51,695 bases of DNA, taken from assembly GCA_041946805.1 (NCBI GenBank), contig JBHGBC010000025.1, forward strand, positions 1 through 51,695. Direction: 5' to 3'. How positions within the stretch are numbered: the stretch's first letter is position 1; each line of letters begins with the position of its first letter. A model generated the notes under the pieces. The model did no database searches and was not told the DNA's origin. It saw only the letters and a list, made by a program, of their open reading frames with translations. Of this stretch, positions 9,679-18,775 are shown piece after piece. The position numbers and the translations under genes were made by a program. This stretch comes from a bacterium (GTDB lineage: Bacteria > Hinthialibacterota > Hinthialibacteria > Hinthialibacterales > Hinthialibacteraceae).

Positions 9679-10500
9679 ATGCTTGATCCTGTGCTTTTCC
9701 ACTTCATTGAAAAACTAACCGTTCCTTCTACCGATGATGGGAAACTATTCATTCACACGGAAAGGCGTGACCGGATTACGGAATCATTACGTATTTCACC
9801 ATACACGGGTTGGGGAGATTTCCCGCTCGCATCCCTTTACCGGCATCGAGACTATCGCGAAGAGCGGCCCGCCATTCTGCTCTCCACCCATATCGATTCC
9901 GTTTATCACCGGTATTACTGCCTTTGCTACGATAAGGAAATCCATGGCACGTTCGACAATTCGGTTACGAACGCCATCGCGCTCTATCTTATGCTGCAAA
10001 ACCGTCTTCATCCGCAGGTCCTCGTTGCGTTCACCGGCAATGAAGAACACGACAGCCGGGGCGCTTCGCAAATCATGGAATTCCTGCGTCAGCCGGATTT
10101 TCTCTTCGTGAATATGGAAATGGTGATCACTATGGATTTGACCGGGGAGTATTTTGAAAAAGCCGGCTTCACAATCGAGAACATGTATATCAAGCGAAAT
10201 CCCCCCTTTTCCCGGCTGACGTTCTCCAACCGCCGGGAAATGAAGGAGTATTTCCGCCGGCTGTGCCGCGAGGACGCGATTCATTGCCTCCCCGACGCGG
10301 AGCCCGATGAATCATGGACATACAAGCAGTATGACGTCAATGGCTTTTCTTTTTGCCTGCCCGGCGGGCTTATCGGTAGAAGCATGCACAGCGGCAAAGG
10401 AGTCAGGATTCTGTCATCCGCGGCGGCCCGCTACACGGCCGCCCTCGAATCCTTCACGGGCGCCCTCTTGGATCAACTCATCAATAACCCAATCCGTTGA
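9679..10500 (+). CDS. M28/M20-like zinc metallohydrolase-fold protein
   Basis: Metal-ligand pattern THID ... FDNS ... GNEEH ... MD ... MHS. The start could alternatively be the TTG at 9661. Confidence 0.65.
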   Translation: MLDPVLFHFIEKLTVPSTDDGKLFIHTERRDRITESLRISPYTGWGDFPLASLYRHRDYREERPAILLSTHIDSVYHRYYCLCYDKEIHGTFDNSVTNAIALYLMLQNRLHPQVLVAFTGNEEHDSRGASQIMEFLRQPDFLFVNMEMVITMDLTGEYFEKAGFTIENMYIKRNPPFSRLTFSNRREMKEYFRRLCREDAIHCLPDAEPDESWTYKQYDVNGFSFCLPGGLIGRSMHSGKGVRILSSAAARYTAALESFTGALLDQLINNPIR

Positions 10501-10540
10501 GTAGCGGGAAAATTCAAACGGCGCGCGGCTCGTCCCCCCC

Positions 10541-12541
10541 TCACACGTACGTCAGCAGCCCCTCGAGTTCCTCGAAGATTTGTTCGTCGGTGAAGAGATT
10601 CTGCTTGGCCGCGCCGGAGGGGCAGGCGGCGACGCACGTTCCGCACCCCTTGCACAGCGCCTCGTCGATCACGGAGCGCTGGTCTTCCTCGTTCGTGTGG
10701 ATCGCCGTGAACGGGCAGAGCGCCACGCAGGTCCGGCACCCCGAGCATTCCTCGGCGGTGATGTAGGCGGTGTTGGGTTCCAGGCTGATGTTGCCGCAGT
10801 CGATGAGGGCCAGCGCCTTGGCCGCCGCCGCGTCGGCCTGGGCCACGGTGTCGGGGATGTCCTTGGGGCCCTGGCAGGCCCCCGCGAGCAGAACCCCGTC
10901 GTTGGCGGTGTTGACCGGCGCGAGTTTCGGGTGCTTTTCGAGGAAGAAGCCCTCGTTAGAGCAGGACATCCCGAAACGCCGGCGAATCTCGTTCGCATCA
11001 AAGACCGGTTCAAGCGCCGTGGCCAGAATCACCATGTCCACCGGGATTTTCCGCACGTTTCCGAGCAGCGTGTCATCCACCTGCACGCGCAACTGCCCGG
11101 GTTCACCGATCGGGTCCCCTTCTTTTACTTGCGTGACGTCGCCGACGCGCCCGCGGATGAAATAGACTCCCTCTTCCTGCACGCGGTTGTAGAATTCCTC
11201 GAATCCCTTGCCGGGCGTGCGGACATCGATGTAGAAGTTATAAACGTCGGCGCCGGTCTTTTCCTTGACAAGATGGGCCAGCTTCAAGGCGTACATGCAG
11301 CACACCCGCGAGCAATAGAAGTGATAGTTCTTGTCCCGGCTGCCCACGCAATGCACGATGCCCACCGAGCGGGGAGTTGCTCCATCGCGCAGGACCACCT
11401 TACCGCCAGTCGGTCCGGCGGCGTTTAGCAGGCGCTCCACCTCCAATCCCGTAAAGACGTTGGGGTATTTGCCATAGCCGAAATACAACATGGGCGCGGG
11501 ATCGAAAGGTTGGTACCCGGTGGCGACGATGATGGCCCCCACCTCGTACTCCTCGGTCCAATCCTGCTGAGTGAAGTCGATCGCGTTGCGGTCCGCGCAG
11601 GCCTCGACGCAGGACTTCTTGCATTTGCCGGTCTTGAATTCGATGCAGGATTCCCGGTCGATCACGGGAATCGGCGGGACCGCCTGGGGGAAGGGGATAT
11701 AAACCGGCTTGCGCATGCCCATCCCCTGGTCGAATTCGTTGGGGATCTTGGCGGTCTTGAAAATGCACTGCCGGATGCATTCCATGCAGCCCACGCACAA
11801 GTCTTCGATGATGTACCGGGCGTGGCGGCGGATCTTGACGTGATAGTGACCCACGGATCCGTCCACCGACTCGACCTCGGACCAGGTCAGCAGTTTGATG
11901 TTCGGATGGCTCTTCACGGCGGTCATCTTGGGAGTCAGGATGCAGGCCGCGCAATCCAGGGTGGGGAAGGTTTTGTCGAACATGGCCATGTGGCCGCCGA
12001 TGGTCGGCTCCCGCTCCACCAGGATGACCTCTTTTCCGGCCTCGGCCAGGGTCAGCGAGGCCTGGATGCCCGCGATGCCGCCGCCCACCACCAGCACCCG
12101 CGGAGTGATGGAGACATAACGTGTTTCCAACGATTCATGATACGCCACCCGGCGCACCGCCGCCGCGAGGAGTGAACGGGACTTGTTCAACGCGAGGTCA
12201 TGGTCCTGGGTGACCCAGGAGACATGCTCGCGGATGTTCACCATTTGCACCAGGTACGGATTGAGTCCCGCGGTCTGGGCGGCGTTCCGGAAGGTTTTTT
12301 CGTGCAGCAAGGGCGAACAGGCGCAGACCACGATGCGGTTCAGCTTGTGCTCCTGGATGTCGCGGCGGATCAGTTCCTGCCCGGGATCCGAGCACATGTA
12401 CTTGTACTCGCGGGCCACCACCACATAGGGAAGTTGCTGGGCGAATTCGGCCAGTTGCACGACATCGATCACGCCGGCGATGTTGCTGCCGCAATGACAA
12501 ATATACACGCCGATTCGTTTTTCTTGTCCATTGGTCTTCAT
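10541..12541 (-). CDS. hdrA: Heterodisulfide reductase subunit A family flavoprotein
   Basis: RIGVYICHCG, VVCACSP, NIREH, GGGIAG (FAD), KTFPTLDC, HCVGSRD, CSRVCCMY, GACQGPKDI and ferredoxin motifs. ATG at 12541 overlaps the upstream stop. Confidence 0.95.
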   Translation of the reverse strand: MKTNGQEKRIGVYICHCGSNIAGVIDVVQLAEFAQQLPYVVVAREYKYMCSDPGQELIRRDIQEHKLNRIVVCACSPLLHEKTFRNAAQTAGLNPYLVQMVNIREHVSWVTQDHDLALNKSRSLLAAAVRRVAYHESLETRYVSITPRVLVVGGGIAGIQASLTLAEAGKEVILVEREPTIGGHMAMFDKTFPTLDCAACILTPKMTAVKSHPNIKLLTWSEVESVDGSVGHYHVKIRRHARYIIEDLCVGCMECIRQCIFKTAKIPNEFDQGMGMRKPVYIPFPQAVPPIPVIDRESCIEFKTGKCKKSCVEACADRNAIDFTQQDWTEEYEVGAIIVATGYQPFDPAPMLYFGYGKYPNVFTGLEVERLLNAAGPTGGKVVLRDGATPRSVGIVHCVGSRDKNYHFYCSRVCCMYALKLAHLVKEKTGADVYNFYIDVRTPGKGFEEFYNRVQEEGVYFIRGRVGDVTQVKEGDPIGEPGQLRVQVDDTLLGNVRKIPVDMVILATALEPVFDANEIRRRFGMSCSNEGFFLEKHPKLAPVNTANDGVLLAGACQGPKDIPDTVAQADAAAAKALALIDCGNISLEPNTAYITAEECSGCRTCVALCPFTAIHTNEEDQRSVIDEALCKGCGTCVAACPSGAAKQNLFTDEQIFEELEGLLTYV

Positions 12542-14592
12542 GATGGCGTCATCTCCTCGGCCTGCAGGGCCATCGCCTCGTGGACCAGTTCGCTCACATC
12601 CGCCACGCGCAACCGCTCTTCCGCGCCCACCGTCTTGAGGGCGTCGCCGAACATGGCGTAATCCTTGGGGCACGCGGTCACGAACACCGAAACGTCCGGC
12701 AGTTCCAGCGCTTCCCGGATCCGCCGCGCCGCCGGGCGCTCGGTCACGCCCGGCAGGTCTTTCATCCAGATGCGGCCGCCGCCCGCCCCGCAACAGAAAC
12801 TGTCCGCCCGGTTGAGGGGCATTTCGATGATCCGCGCGCCCAGTCCGCGCAGCACGCGACGCGGGCATTCGTAAATCCCGTTGTACCGCCCCAAGTAGCA
12901 GGGATCGTGATAGGTCACGGCAAGGTTCAAAAGCCGGCGGGCGGGAATCCGGCCCTCCTCCATCAAGCGGCTGAACAACACGGTGTAATGAATGATGGGA
13001 GGTGAAAAAGAATTTCCATTGGTTTTCAGCGGGAAGCCATATTCGTTCTTGAGGACATGGTAGGTGTGCGGGTCGGTGGTCAGGATGGTTTGAAACTGGG
13101 CGCTCTCCAGTTCCTTGAGATTGCCATCCCGCAGCATCTCGAAGAGACCCTCTTCCCCGATGCGGCGCGCGTCGTTGCCCGCGTTTCTCTCTTTGTCATA
13201 GAGGATGCCGAAATCGATCCCCAACGCGTGCAGCACCTCAGCGGTTTTCTTCGTGATTTCCTGCGCGCGCGGATCGAACGAGGCGTAGTCGCCCACGAAC
13301 CAGAGATACTCGGCCGGCTCCTTGCGGATGTCCTTTACGGGGAATCCCAGGTCCTTGGCCCACTTGGCCCGCGCCTTCGCCGATTGGCCGAACGAATTCC
13401 CGTACCGCTGCAACTTCATCAAAACGTCCTGCACTTCCGCGTCCAACTCGCCGGCGTTGAGCAAATGACGGCGCAGCTCCACCAGCAAACGGGGTTGTTC
13501 CAGCAACACGGGACACGCCTCTTCACACGCCATGCACGTGGTGCAGGACCATAGCTCGTCCCGCGAAAAGACCGTCCCATGCAGGGATGCCCCAGAATTC
13601 CCGGATGTTCCGTTTTTCCCTTGCGTCAGCCCGATCAGCCGCTGATTCAATTTCATGAGGACATCCCGGGGCGAAAGGGGAAAACCACAGGCGTGCGCGG
13701 GGCAGACATCCTGGCACCGGCCGCACCAGGTGCACGAGTCGATCTGCAGGAGCTGCCGCCAAGAGAAATCCGTGATCGAAGACGCGCCCAGCTCGTTCAC
13801 CGGCGTGACCGATCCCTTATGGCCGGCGTCGCGGAACAAGATGTTCACGGGACTGGAGAACAGATGGAACGCCTTGGAAAACGGGACGCTGGCGATGAAT
13901 CCAAAAGCCAGCAGCCCGTGCAGGGTCCAGAATCCGAAATGCAGCGAGAGCTGGGTTTCATGGGGGAAGATTTGAAAGATCTGGGACAATCCATACCCCA
14001 CCGGCGACCAGGCCGCGCCCGGCGGATTCTGCGCGGCGATCCGGAAGCCTTCCGCCGCCAGGCCGGTCAGGGCGATCAGCCCGAGAATCCCGAGCAGGTA
14101 AAGCGAATCCAGCGGAAACGTGGGAGTCACGGTGGCGGCCAGCCGGTCCGGTTTTGTCACGTACCGGCGGTAGAAGGCCATACCCACTCCGACCAGCAAG
14201 ACCACGGTGAACAGGTCCAACACCAACTCGTATGCGAGATAGACAGGGCCTTTCAGGAACTGGAAATCGAAAAACAGATGCGTGACGTCCCAATCCACCG
14301 TGGCCAAGGCGGTTCCCATCAACAAAAACACCATGCCCCAGAAGATGGCCAGGTGCATGATGCCCGGATACGGATCGCCGATGACTTTTTTCTGGCCGAT
14401 GGCGAACAGAAGGAAATTCTTGATGCGGGCCATCCACGTCCCGGACAGGGCTTCGGGTTTCCCGCGCCGCCAGATCCGGACATGCCGCCAAGTTCCATAC
14501 GCGAAAATCAGGACGACCAGGAACCCCAGTCCATATTGTCCCAGTTCCGCCCAATGAGGTACGTTCCAAAATGTGATGCGGATTGGTTCCAT
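12538..14592 (-). CDS. Membrane-anchored Fe-S oxidoreductase (NarI-like TM domain, 2x4Fe-4S and CCG domains; FadF/HdrD-like)
   Basis: N-terminal TM helices with His residues, CTWCGRCQDVCP, CTTCMACEEACP, YHDPCYLGR and CCGAGGG. Confidence 0.9.
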   Translation of the reverse strand: MEPIRITFWNVPHWAELGQYGLGFLVVLIFAYGTWRHVRIWRRGKPEALSGTWMARIKNFLLFAIGQKKVIGDPYPGIMHLAIFWGMVFLLMGTALATVDWDVTHLFFDFQFLKGPVYLAYELVLDLFTVVLLVGVGMAFYRRYVTKPDRLAATVTPTFPLDSLYLLGILGLIALTGLAAEGFRIAAQNPPGAAWSPVGYGLSQIFQIFPHETQLSLHFGFWTLHGLLAFGFIASVPFSKAFHLFSSPVNILFRDAGHKGSVTPVNELGASSITDFSWRQLLQIDSCTWCGRCQDVCPAHACGFPLSPRDVLMKLNQRLIGLTQGKNGTSGNSGASLHGTVFSRDELWSCTTCMACEEACPVLLEQPRLLVELRRHLLNAGELDAEVQDVLMKLQRYGNSFGQSAKARAKWAKDLGFPVKDIRKEPAEYLWFVGDYASFDPRAQEITKKTAEVLHALGIDFGILYDKERNAGNDARRIGEEGLFEMLRDGNLKELESAQFQTILTTDPHTYHVLKNEYGFPLKTNGNSFSPPIIHYTVLFSRLMEEGRIPARRLLNLAVTYHDPCYLGRYNGIYECPRRVLRGLGARIIEMPLNRADSFCCGAGGGRIWMKDLPGVTERPAARRIREALELPDVSVFVTACPKDYAMFGDALKTVGAEERLRVADVSELVHEAMALQAEEMTPS

Positions 14593-14598
14593 GATCGG

Positions 14599-15576
14599 TT
14601 ACACGCTTTTTCGGGCTTTGATTTTCTCCGTCAAGACCGGCGCCAGGTCCATGAGGTCCACGACCGCGCCGTAGTGAGCGATATCGTAAATCGGCGCCTT
14701 GGGATCGCTGTTGATCGCGACGATCAGGTGGGCGTTCTTCATCCCCTCCTGGTGCTCGGGCGCGCCGCTGATCCCCAACGCGAGGTAGCATTTCGGTTTG
14801 ACCGTCATGCCCGACTTCCCCACCTGGCGGGTCGAGGGCAGCCATCCCTGGTCCACCACCGGCCGCGAGGCGCAGACCGCGCCGCCCAGGGCTTGAGCCA
14901 GTTCCTCGGCCAGTTCGATGTTTTCCTGCTGTTTGATCCCCCGGCCGACCGCCACGAGAATGTCTTGCTGGGTGATGTCGATGTCCCCCGCCTCCGGGAA
15001 AATCATCTTCTCGAAAGTGATCGCCCCGGCCGCGAGGGGAACTTCGCAGGGACGGCTTTCCACTTGCCCCCGGCCTCCGTCTTTCCGCTCCCGGTAACTG
15101 CCGGGCAGCATCACGCAGATGACCGGCAGCCGGGTGACTTCCACTTCCGCGCACATTTTCCCGGCGTAGAGGTGGCTCAGCGCGGTGAGACGGTCTCCTT
15201 CCAGCTGGAGGCGCGTGCAGCCGGTCACCACGGGCGCCTGGATCCTTGCCCCTAATAGGGAGGCCAGGTCCAATCCGATCGTGGTGCTGCCAAGGAGCAC
15301 TACGCGGGGCGTTTCGGCTTGGAGCAGGTTTTCGAGTACGCTCAAATACGGTTCGGGAGAAAATCCGGCCAGCGCCGGGTCTTCCTCCGCGATGATCCGG
15401 TCGGCAGCGGCGAGTTGGCCGGCCAAGGCTTGCACATGCCCGCCCGGCAGGAAGGCGATCACATCTCCCCCGGCCGCATCGGCCAACGCGCGGGCGCAGC
15501 CCAGCAATTCAAAGGTGATCGGCGCGATCTTCTCTTGATGAATCTCCACCAGCACGGCGATGTCCCGGGCGCTCAT
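14599..15576 (-). CDS. etfA: Electron transfer flavoprotein alpha subunit
   Basis: VAVGRG, ASRPVVD, RQVGKSG, GISGAPEH and AINSDPKAPI motifs. Confidence 0.95.
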   Translation of the reverse strand: MSARDIAVLVEIHQEKIAPITFELLGCARALADAAGGDVIAFLPGGHVQALAGQLAAADRIIAEEDPALAGFSPEPYLSVLENLLQAETPRVVLLGSTTIGLDLASLLGARIQAPVVTGCTRLQLEGDRLTALSHLYAGKMCAEVEVTRLPVICVMLPGSYRERKDGGRGQVESRPCEVPLAAGAITFEKMIFPEAGDIDITQQDILVAVGRGIKQQENIELAEELAQALGGAVCASRPVVDQGWLPSTRQVGKSGMTVKPKCYLALGISGAPEHQEGMKNAHLIVAINSDPKAPIYDIAHYGAVVDLMDLAPVLTEKIKARKSV

Positions 15577-16343
15577 GAGATCACTCCTTTCTCCTCGAAT
15601 ATCTGGAGAATCTTCGCCGCGATGTCTTCCTCCGAGCCTTCCAGGATCTCGGCCCGGCCGCTCACTTCGGGATAAAACAGCCGCTTCACGTTGATCTCCG
15701 CGGCCGGCGCGCCCATTTCGGCCTCTTGATCTTCAAAACGGGCTTCCTTCATGGCCGCCCGCACCCGGCTGATGGGCACATAGCGGGGCGGTTTACTGGC
15801 CGAGAGGATGCCCAGCACCGCCGGCAGTTTGACGCGCAGCAGCGCCTTGGCCGCTCCCGGAAATTCCTTATACGCCCGCACGAATCCCTCGCCCGCCGCC
15901 TCCACCCCCTGGATCAATCCCGCGTAGGGCAGTTTCAACGCGTGCGCCAGGTAGGGCGCGAAGGTCCCTTGCAACTCCTCGTACGACTGCACTCCCACCA
16001 GCACCAGATCGGGGCTGGTGGATTCAATGACTTGCGCGAACAACGGGGCGGCTTCGAGCGGCGACGGGGACCGCTCCCCGCCGTAGGGAATCTTGATGAT
16101 CCGGTCCACACCCTTGGCGGCGGCGGCGTACAGGGTCTCTTCCACGTCCCCGAAGTCCAAGGCCACCGCCGTGACGGCGCCGCCATGCCCTTCCTTGAGC
16201 AGCAAGGCTTGCTCCAGGGCGTGATCGTCATACTCGTTCACCAGGAACATGGCTTCTTCGTAGTCGATCCACGTCCCGGTGGAGTCGATCGTCAAGGGTT
16301 CAATCAGGTCGGGAACTTGACGGATTACCACGCTGATCTTCAT
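15573..16343 (-). CDS. etfB: Electron transfer flavoprotein beta subunit
   Basis: IRQVPD, NEYDDHALEQA and PRY motifs. Coupled to etfA. Confidence 0.92.
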   Translation of the reverse strand: MKISVVIRQVPDLIEPLTIDSTGTWIDYEEAMFLVNEYDDHALEQALLLKEGHGGAVTAVALDFGDVEETLYAAAAKGVDRIIKIPYGGERSPSPLEAAPLFAQVIESTSPDLVLVGVQSYEELQGTFAPYLAHALKLPYAGLIQGVEAAGEGFVRAYKEFPGAAKALLRVKLPAVLGILSASKPPRYVPISRVRAAMKEARFEDQEAEMGAPAAEINVKRLFYPEVSGRAEILEGSEEDIAAKILQIFEEKGVIS

Positions 16344-17566
16344 ACCACGCCTCCTTCTTGCAACCCCATCGAATAAGCCAATAACTCGATGATATCGCGG
16401 ACCCGGATGCGGTCCTCGAGACCGTCCACCTTGATCGAATCCTCGAAGCGGGAGAGCTCGTAGGGGCAGGACACGGCCATGATTTCCGCGCCCGTGGCCG
16501 CCGCCTGCCTGACCCGGTCGTCCGACAGCCGGTAGCCGCCATGTTCAGTGATGTGCGCGTCCAGCCACATCCCCCCGCCCCCGCCCCCGCAGCACAACGC
16601 GTTTTCCCGGTTGCGGTCCATTTCCACCAACTTGATGCCGGGGATCGCCTCCAGCAGCCGGCGGGGTTCGTCGTAACATCCGCAACGGCGGCCGATGCAG
16701 CAGTTGTCGTGATAGGTCACGGTGGCTTCCACCGGATTTTTCAAGAGGGGCTTCAAGAGATCGAGACGCTCCGCCAAATACATGGTGTAATGCTTGGCGG
16801 GGAAGGTGGCGCCGTACAGCGGATAAAACCGCACCAGCGCCCGGTAGGCATGGGGGTCGATCACCAGGAGCGTGTTGAACTCGAAGGTCCTCAGCAACTC
16901 GATGTTGCTTTCCAGCAGGATCTCGAACAGCCCCTCTTCGCCGTACAGGCGGTCGCAATCCCCCAGGCATTTCTCCTTGTGGCCCAGCACGCCCCAGTCG
17001 ATGCCCAGCTGGTTCAGGATCTTCGCGAACGAGCGGGTGACGATCTGGTTGCGTGGATAGTAGGAAGGGAAACACTCCACCGCCCACAGCACATCCACAG
17101 GGCGTGGATCCATGGCCAGGTTGAGCACGGGGAAATCCAGCGATTTCGCCCATTCCAGCCGCTTCTTCGGCGATTGCCCCAGGACGTTGCCGTATTTGTA
17201 GATCTTCTCGAAGGCGTCCTGGAGCTCGGGGGGCGGCTGAAATCCCTCCTGCAGCGCCCGGTCGCGGAGGGCGGGCCACAGCATGTCCGTCAATTCGATG
17301 TTCTTGGGACACCGGGACGAACACGTGTAGCACGAGATACACAGCCACACCGAGGGATCGCGCAGCACCTTGTCCAAATTCCCCGCCCGGATGTTGAGAA
17401 TCATCTTCCGCGGCGGGTAATTCATGGTGTAGCCCAAGGGACAAGTCCCCGCGCAGAGTCCGCATTGCAGACACCCGAGGAAATCCCGGGACCAGATCAA
17501 CTTTTCGATATCGAGGGTTGACGGAGTGAACTTGTAGTCATGGGAGAGGCGGGTTGATTGAATCAA
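16340..17566 (-). CDS. Soluble HdrC/HdrD-like Fe-S oxidoreductase (2x4Fe-4S and CCG domains)
   Basis: CLQCGLCAGTCP, CISCYTCSSRCP, YHDNCCIGR and CCGGGGG motifs. TTG start preceded by a G-rich RBS. Confidence 0.88.
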   Translation of the reverse strand: MIQSTRLSHDYKFTPSTLDIEKLIWSRDFLGCLQCGLCAGTCPLGYTMNYPPRKMILNIRAGNLDKVLRDPSVWLCISCYTCSSRCPKNIELTDMLWPALRDRALQEGFQPPPELQDAFEKIYKYGNVLGQSPKKRLEWAKSLDFPVLNLAMDPRPVDVLWAVECFPSYYPRNQIVTRSFAKILNQLGIDWGVLGHKEKCLGDCDRLYGEEGLFEILLESNIELLRTFEFNTLLVIDPHAYRALVRFYPLYGATFPAKHYTMYLAERLDLLKPLLKNPVEATVTYHDNCCIGRRCGCYDEPRRLLEAIPGIKLVEMDRNRENALCCGGGGGGMWLDAHITEHGGYRLSDDRVRQAAATGAEIMAVSCPYELSRFEDSIKVDGLEDRIRVRDIIELLAYSMGLQEGGVV

Positions 17567-17661
17567 GAAATGTTCCCCCTTATTTCCAGATTCCCCGAAA
17601 CAATGGTCAGGCTTGCATTATTCGCGTTGGACGATCAATGGACTCTTTCACTCACCATCCG

Positions 17662-17717
17662 TTCAAATAGAAAGGCGCTTCTATTTATACAATAAAAAAA
17701 AGCGCTTGTCTATTGAA
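17662..17717. promoter_or_regulatory. Candidate tandem operator upstream of the hdr/etf operon
   Basis: AT-rich region with the palindrome AAATAGAA-AGGCGC-TTCTATTT and a second related site, AAAAGCGCTTGTCTATTGAA. The two sites are inverted relative to each other. Confidence 0.45.
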
Positions 17718-18121
17718 TAGTTAAAAAAATATCCCTTCCCCGCGCGCGTTTGGGGCCAGGATGGGGCCATTGAGGCAATCCGGCCCGGAGATGGCGGTAA
17801 AAATACCAATAATGACGATGACGAGAATCACTCTGATCGGTGTTTAGGATGGATTACGACGCTGCCTTCGGCATCCTTCTCACGTACGCACAAACTCAAG
17901 GAATATGAGATTGGGTCCATTCGTTTTTCGGGTCCATTCGGGAATTGAGTACTTGATGATCAAAAGGCGGTTTTTTCGACTGCCGATGTCTGGGCGGATA
18001 TCCGGATCTATTCCACCCCGAGAGGGAGGGGATGGGAGGTGGATTTCTCCAGCCAATCCATGTGGAACCGGTCGCGCTCTCTGGAATATGTATGTCTTGC
18101 CCGATGAACCATGTTTCAAGT

Positions 18122-18775
18122 TCAGGATTTTCCATTGGGATGGGCAAGGGAGAAGACAGGAATGTCCAACGTCCGCGTTGCCGTAACCCGGGCGCGGTTC
18201 TTCAACAACGCCTCGATTCGGTCCAGCGTCGGCCCGCTATAATATGGTTCTTGGCACGTCGGACAGACTCGAGCGGGGATATTCTCCAGAACAATCAACT
18301 CCTCACCGGCCCAGAAGACGGACCGCACCCGGCCCATGACCGTCCCGGATTGACAATATTTGCATTGGAATCTGCAGGGATCACGTTGCAACTCGATGGT
18401 TGATTCAGCCGCCCGCGCTTCCGGAGGAGTATCCAATTCCAGCGCAGGGTCAGGCTGGAGATCCCGTACGGGTTGCGCGGTGTTTTCATCCATGGGGAGG
18501 GAAGAGTCCAAAGAATAAACCGAAGTCCGGATAATCTTCCCGGATTCAACGGGCGGATGCGTCAGCAGATCCTGTATCCGGAGCGTGGTCTCTCGCGGAA
18601 AAAAATGTTCTCCGCAGCCTGCGCACAACCAGGCCGGCATATCCTCCACCACAATGTAATCTTGCCCGGTCCAGAACGCGCCCCGGACGAGATCCTCCTG
18701 AGTGTCGAATCCGCAGTAAGTGCAAAGCCGGTCCGTTTGAGAGGGCATGGTTTTGTTCACGGTTAACTTACCCAC
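18122..18775 (-). CDS. Protein with two tandem YgiT/MqsA-type zinc-finger domains
   Basis: CTYC...VEDMPAWLCAGCGEHFF and CKYC...LENIPARVCPTCQEPYY, joined by a Pro/Glu-rich linker. Alternative start at the ATG at 18748. Confidence 0.8.
   Translation of the reverse strand: MGKLTVNKTMPSQTDRLCTYCGFDTQEDLVRGAFWTGQDYIVVEDMPAWLCAGCGEHFFPRETTLRIQDLLTHPPVESGKIIRTSVYSLDSSLPMDENTAQPVRDLQPDPALELDTPPEARAAESTIELQRDPCRFQCKYCQSGTVMGRVRSVFWAGEELIVLENIPARVCPTCQEPYYSGPTLDRIEALLKNRARVTATRTLDIPVFSLAHPNGKS

Noticed and set aside
10541..12541. Selenocysteine recoding in HdrA
   Set aside because: There is no internal TGA and the usual position reads DCAAC with Cys. The terminal TGA falls at a normal C-terminus.
12542..12868. 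N-terminal extension of HdrA in the ORF track
   Set aside because: It overlaps the upstream gene. The start at 12541 fits ATGA coupling and the HdrA N-terminal motif.
17880..18186. Several overlapping short ORFs upstream of the hdr operon
   Set aside because: The region contains a degenerate MITE-family copy ending GATGAACC at 18110, and the ORFs have no coding hallmarks.
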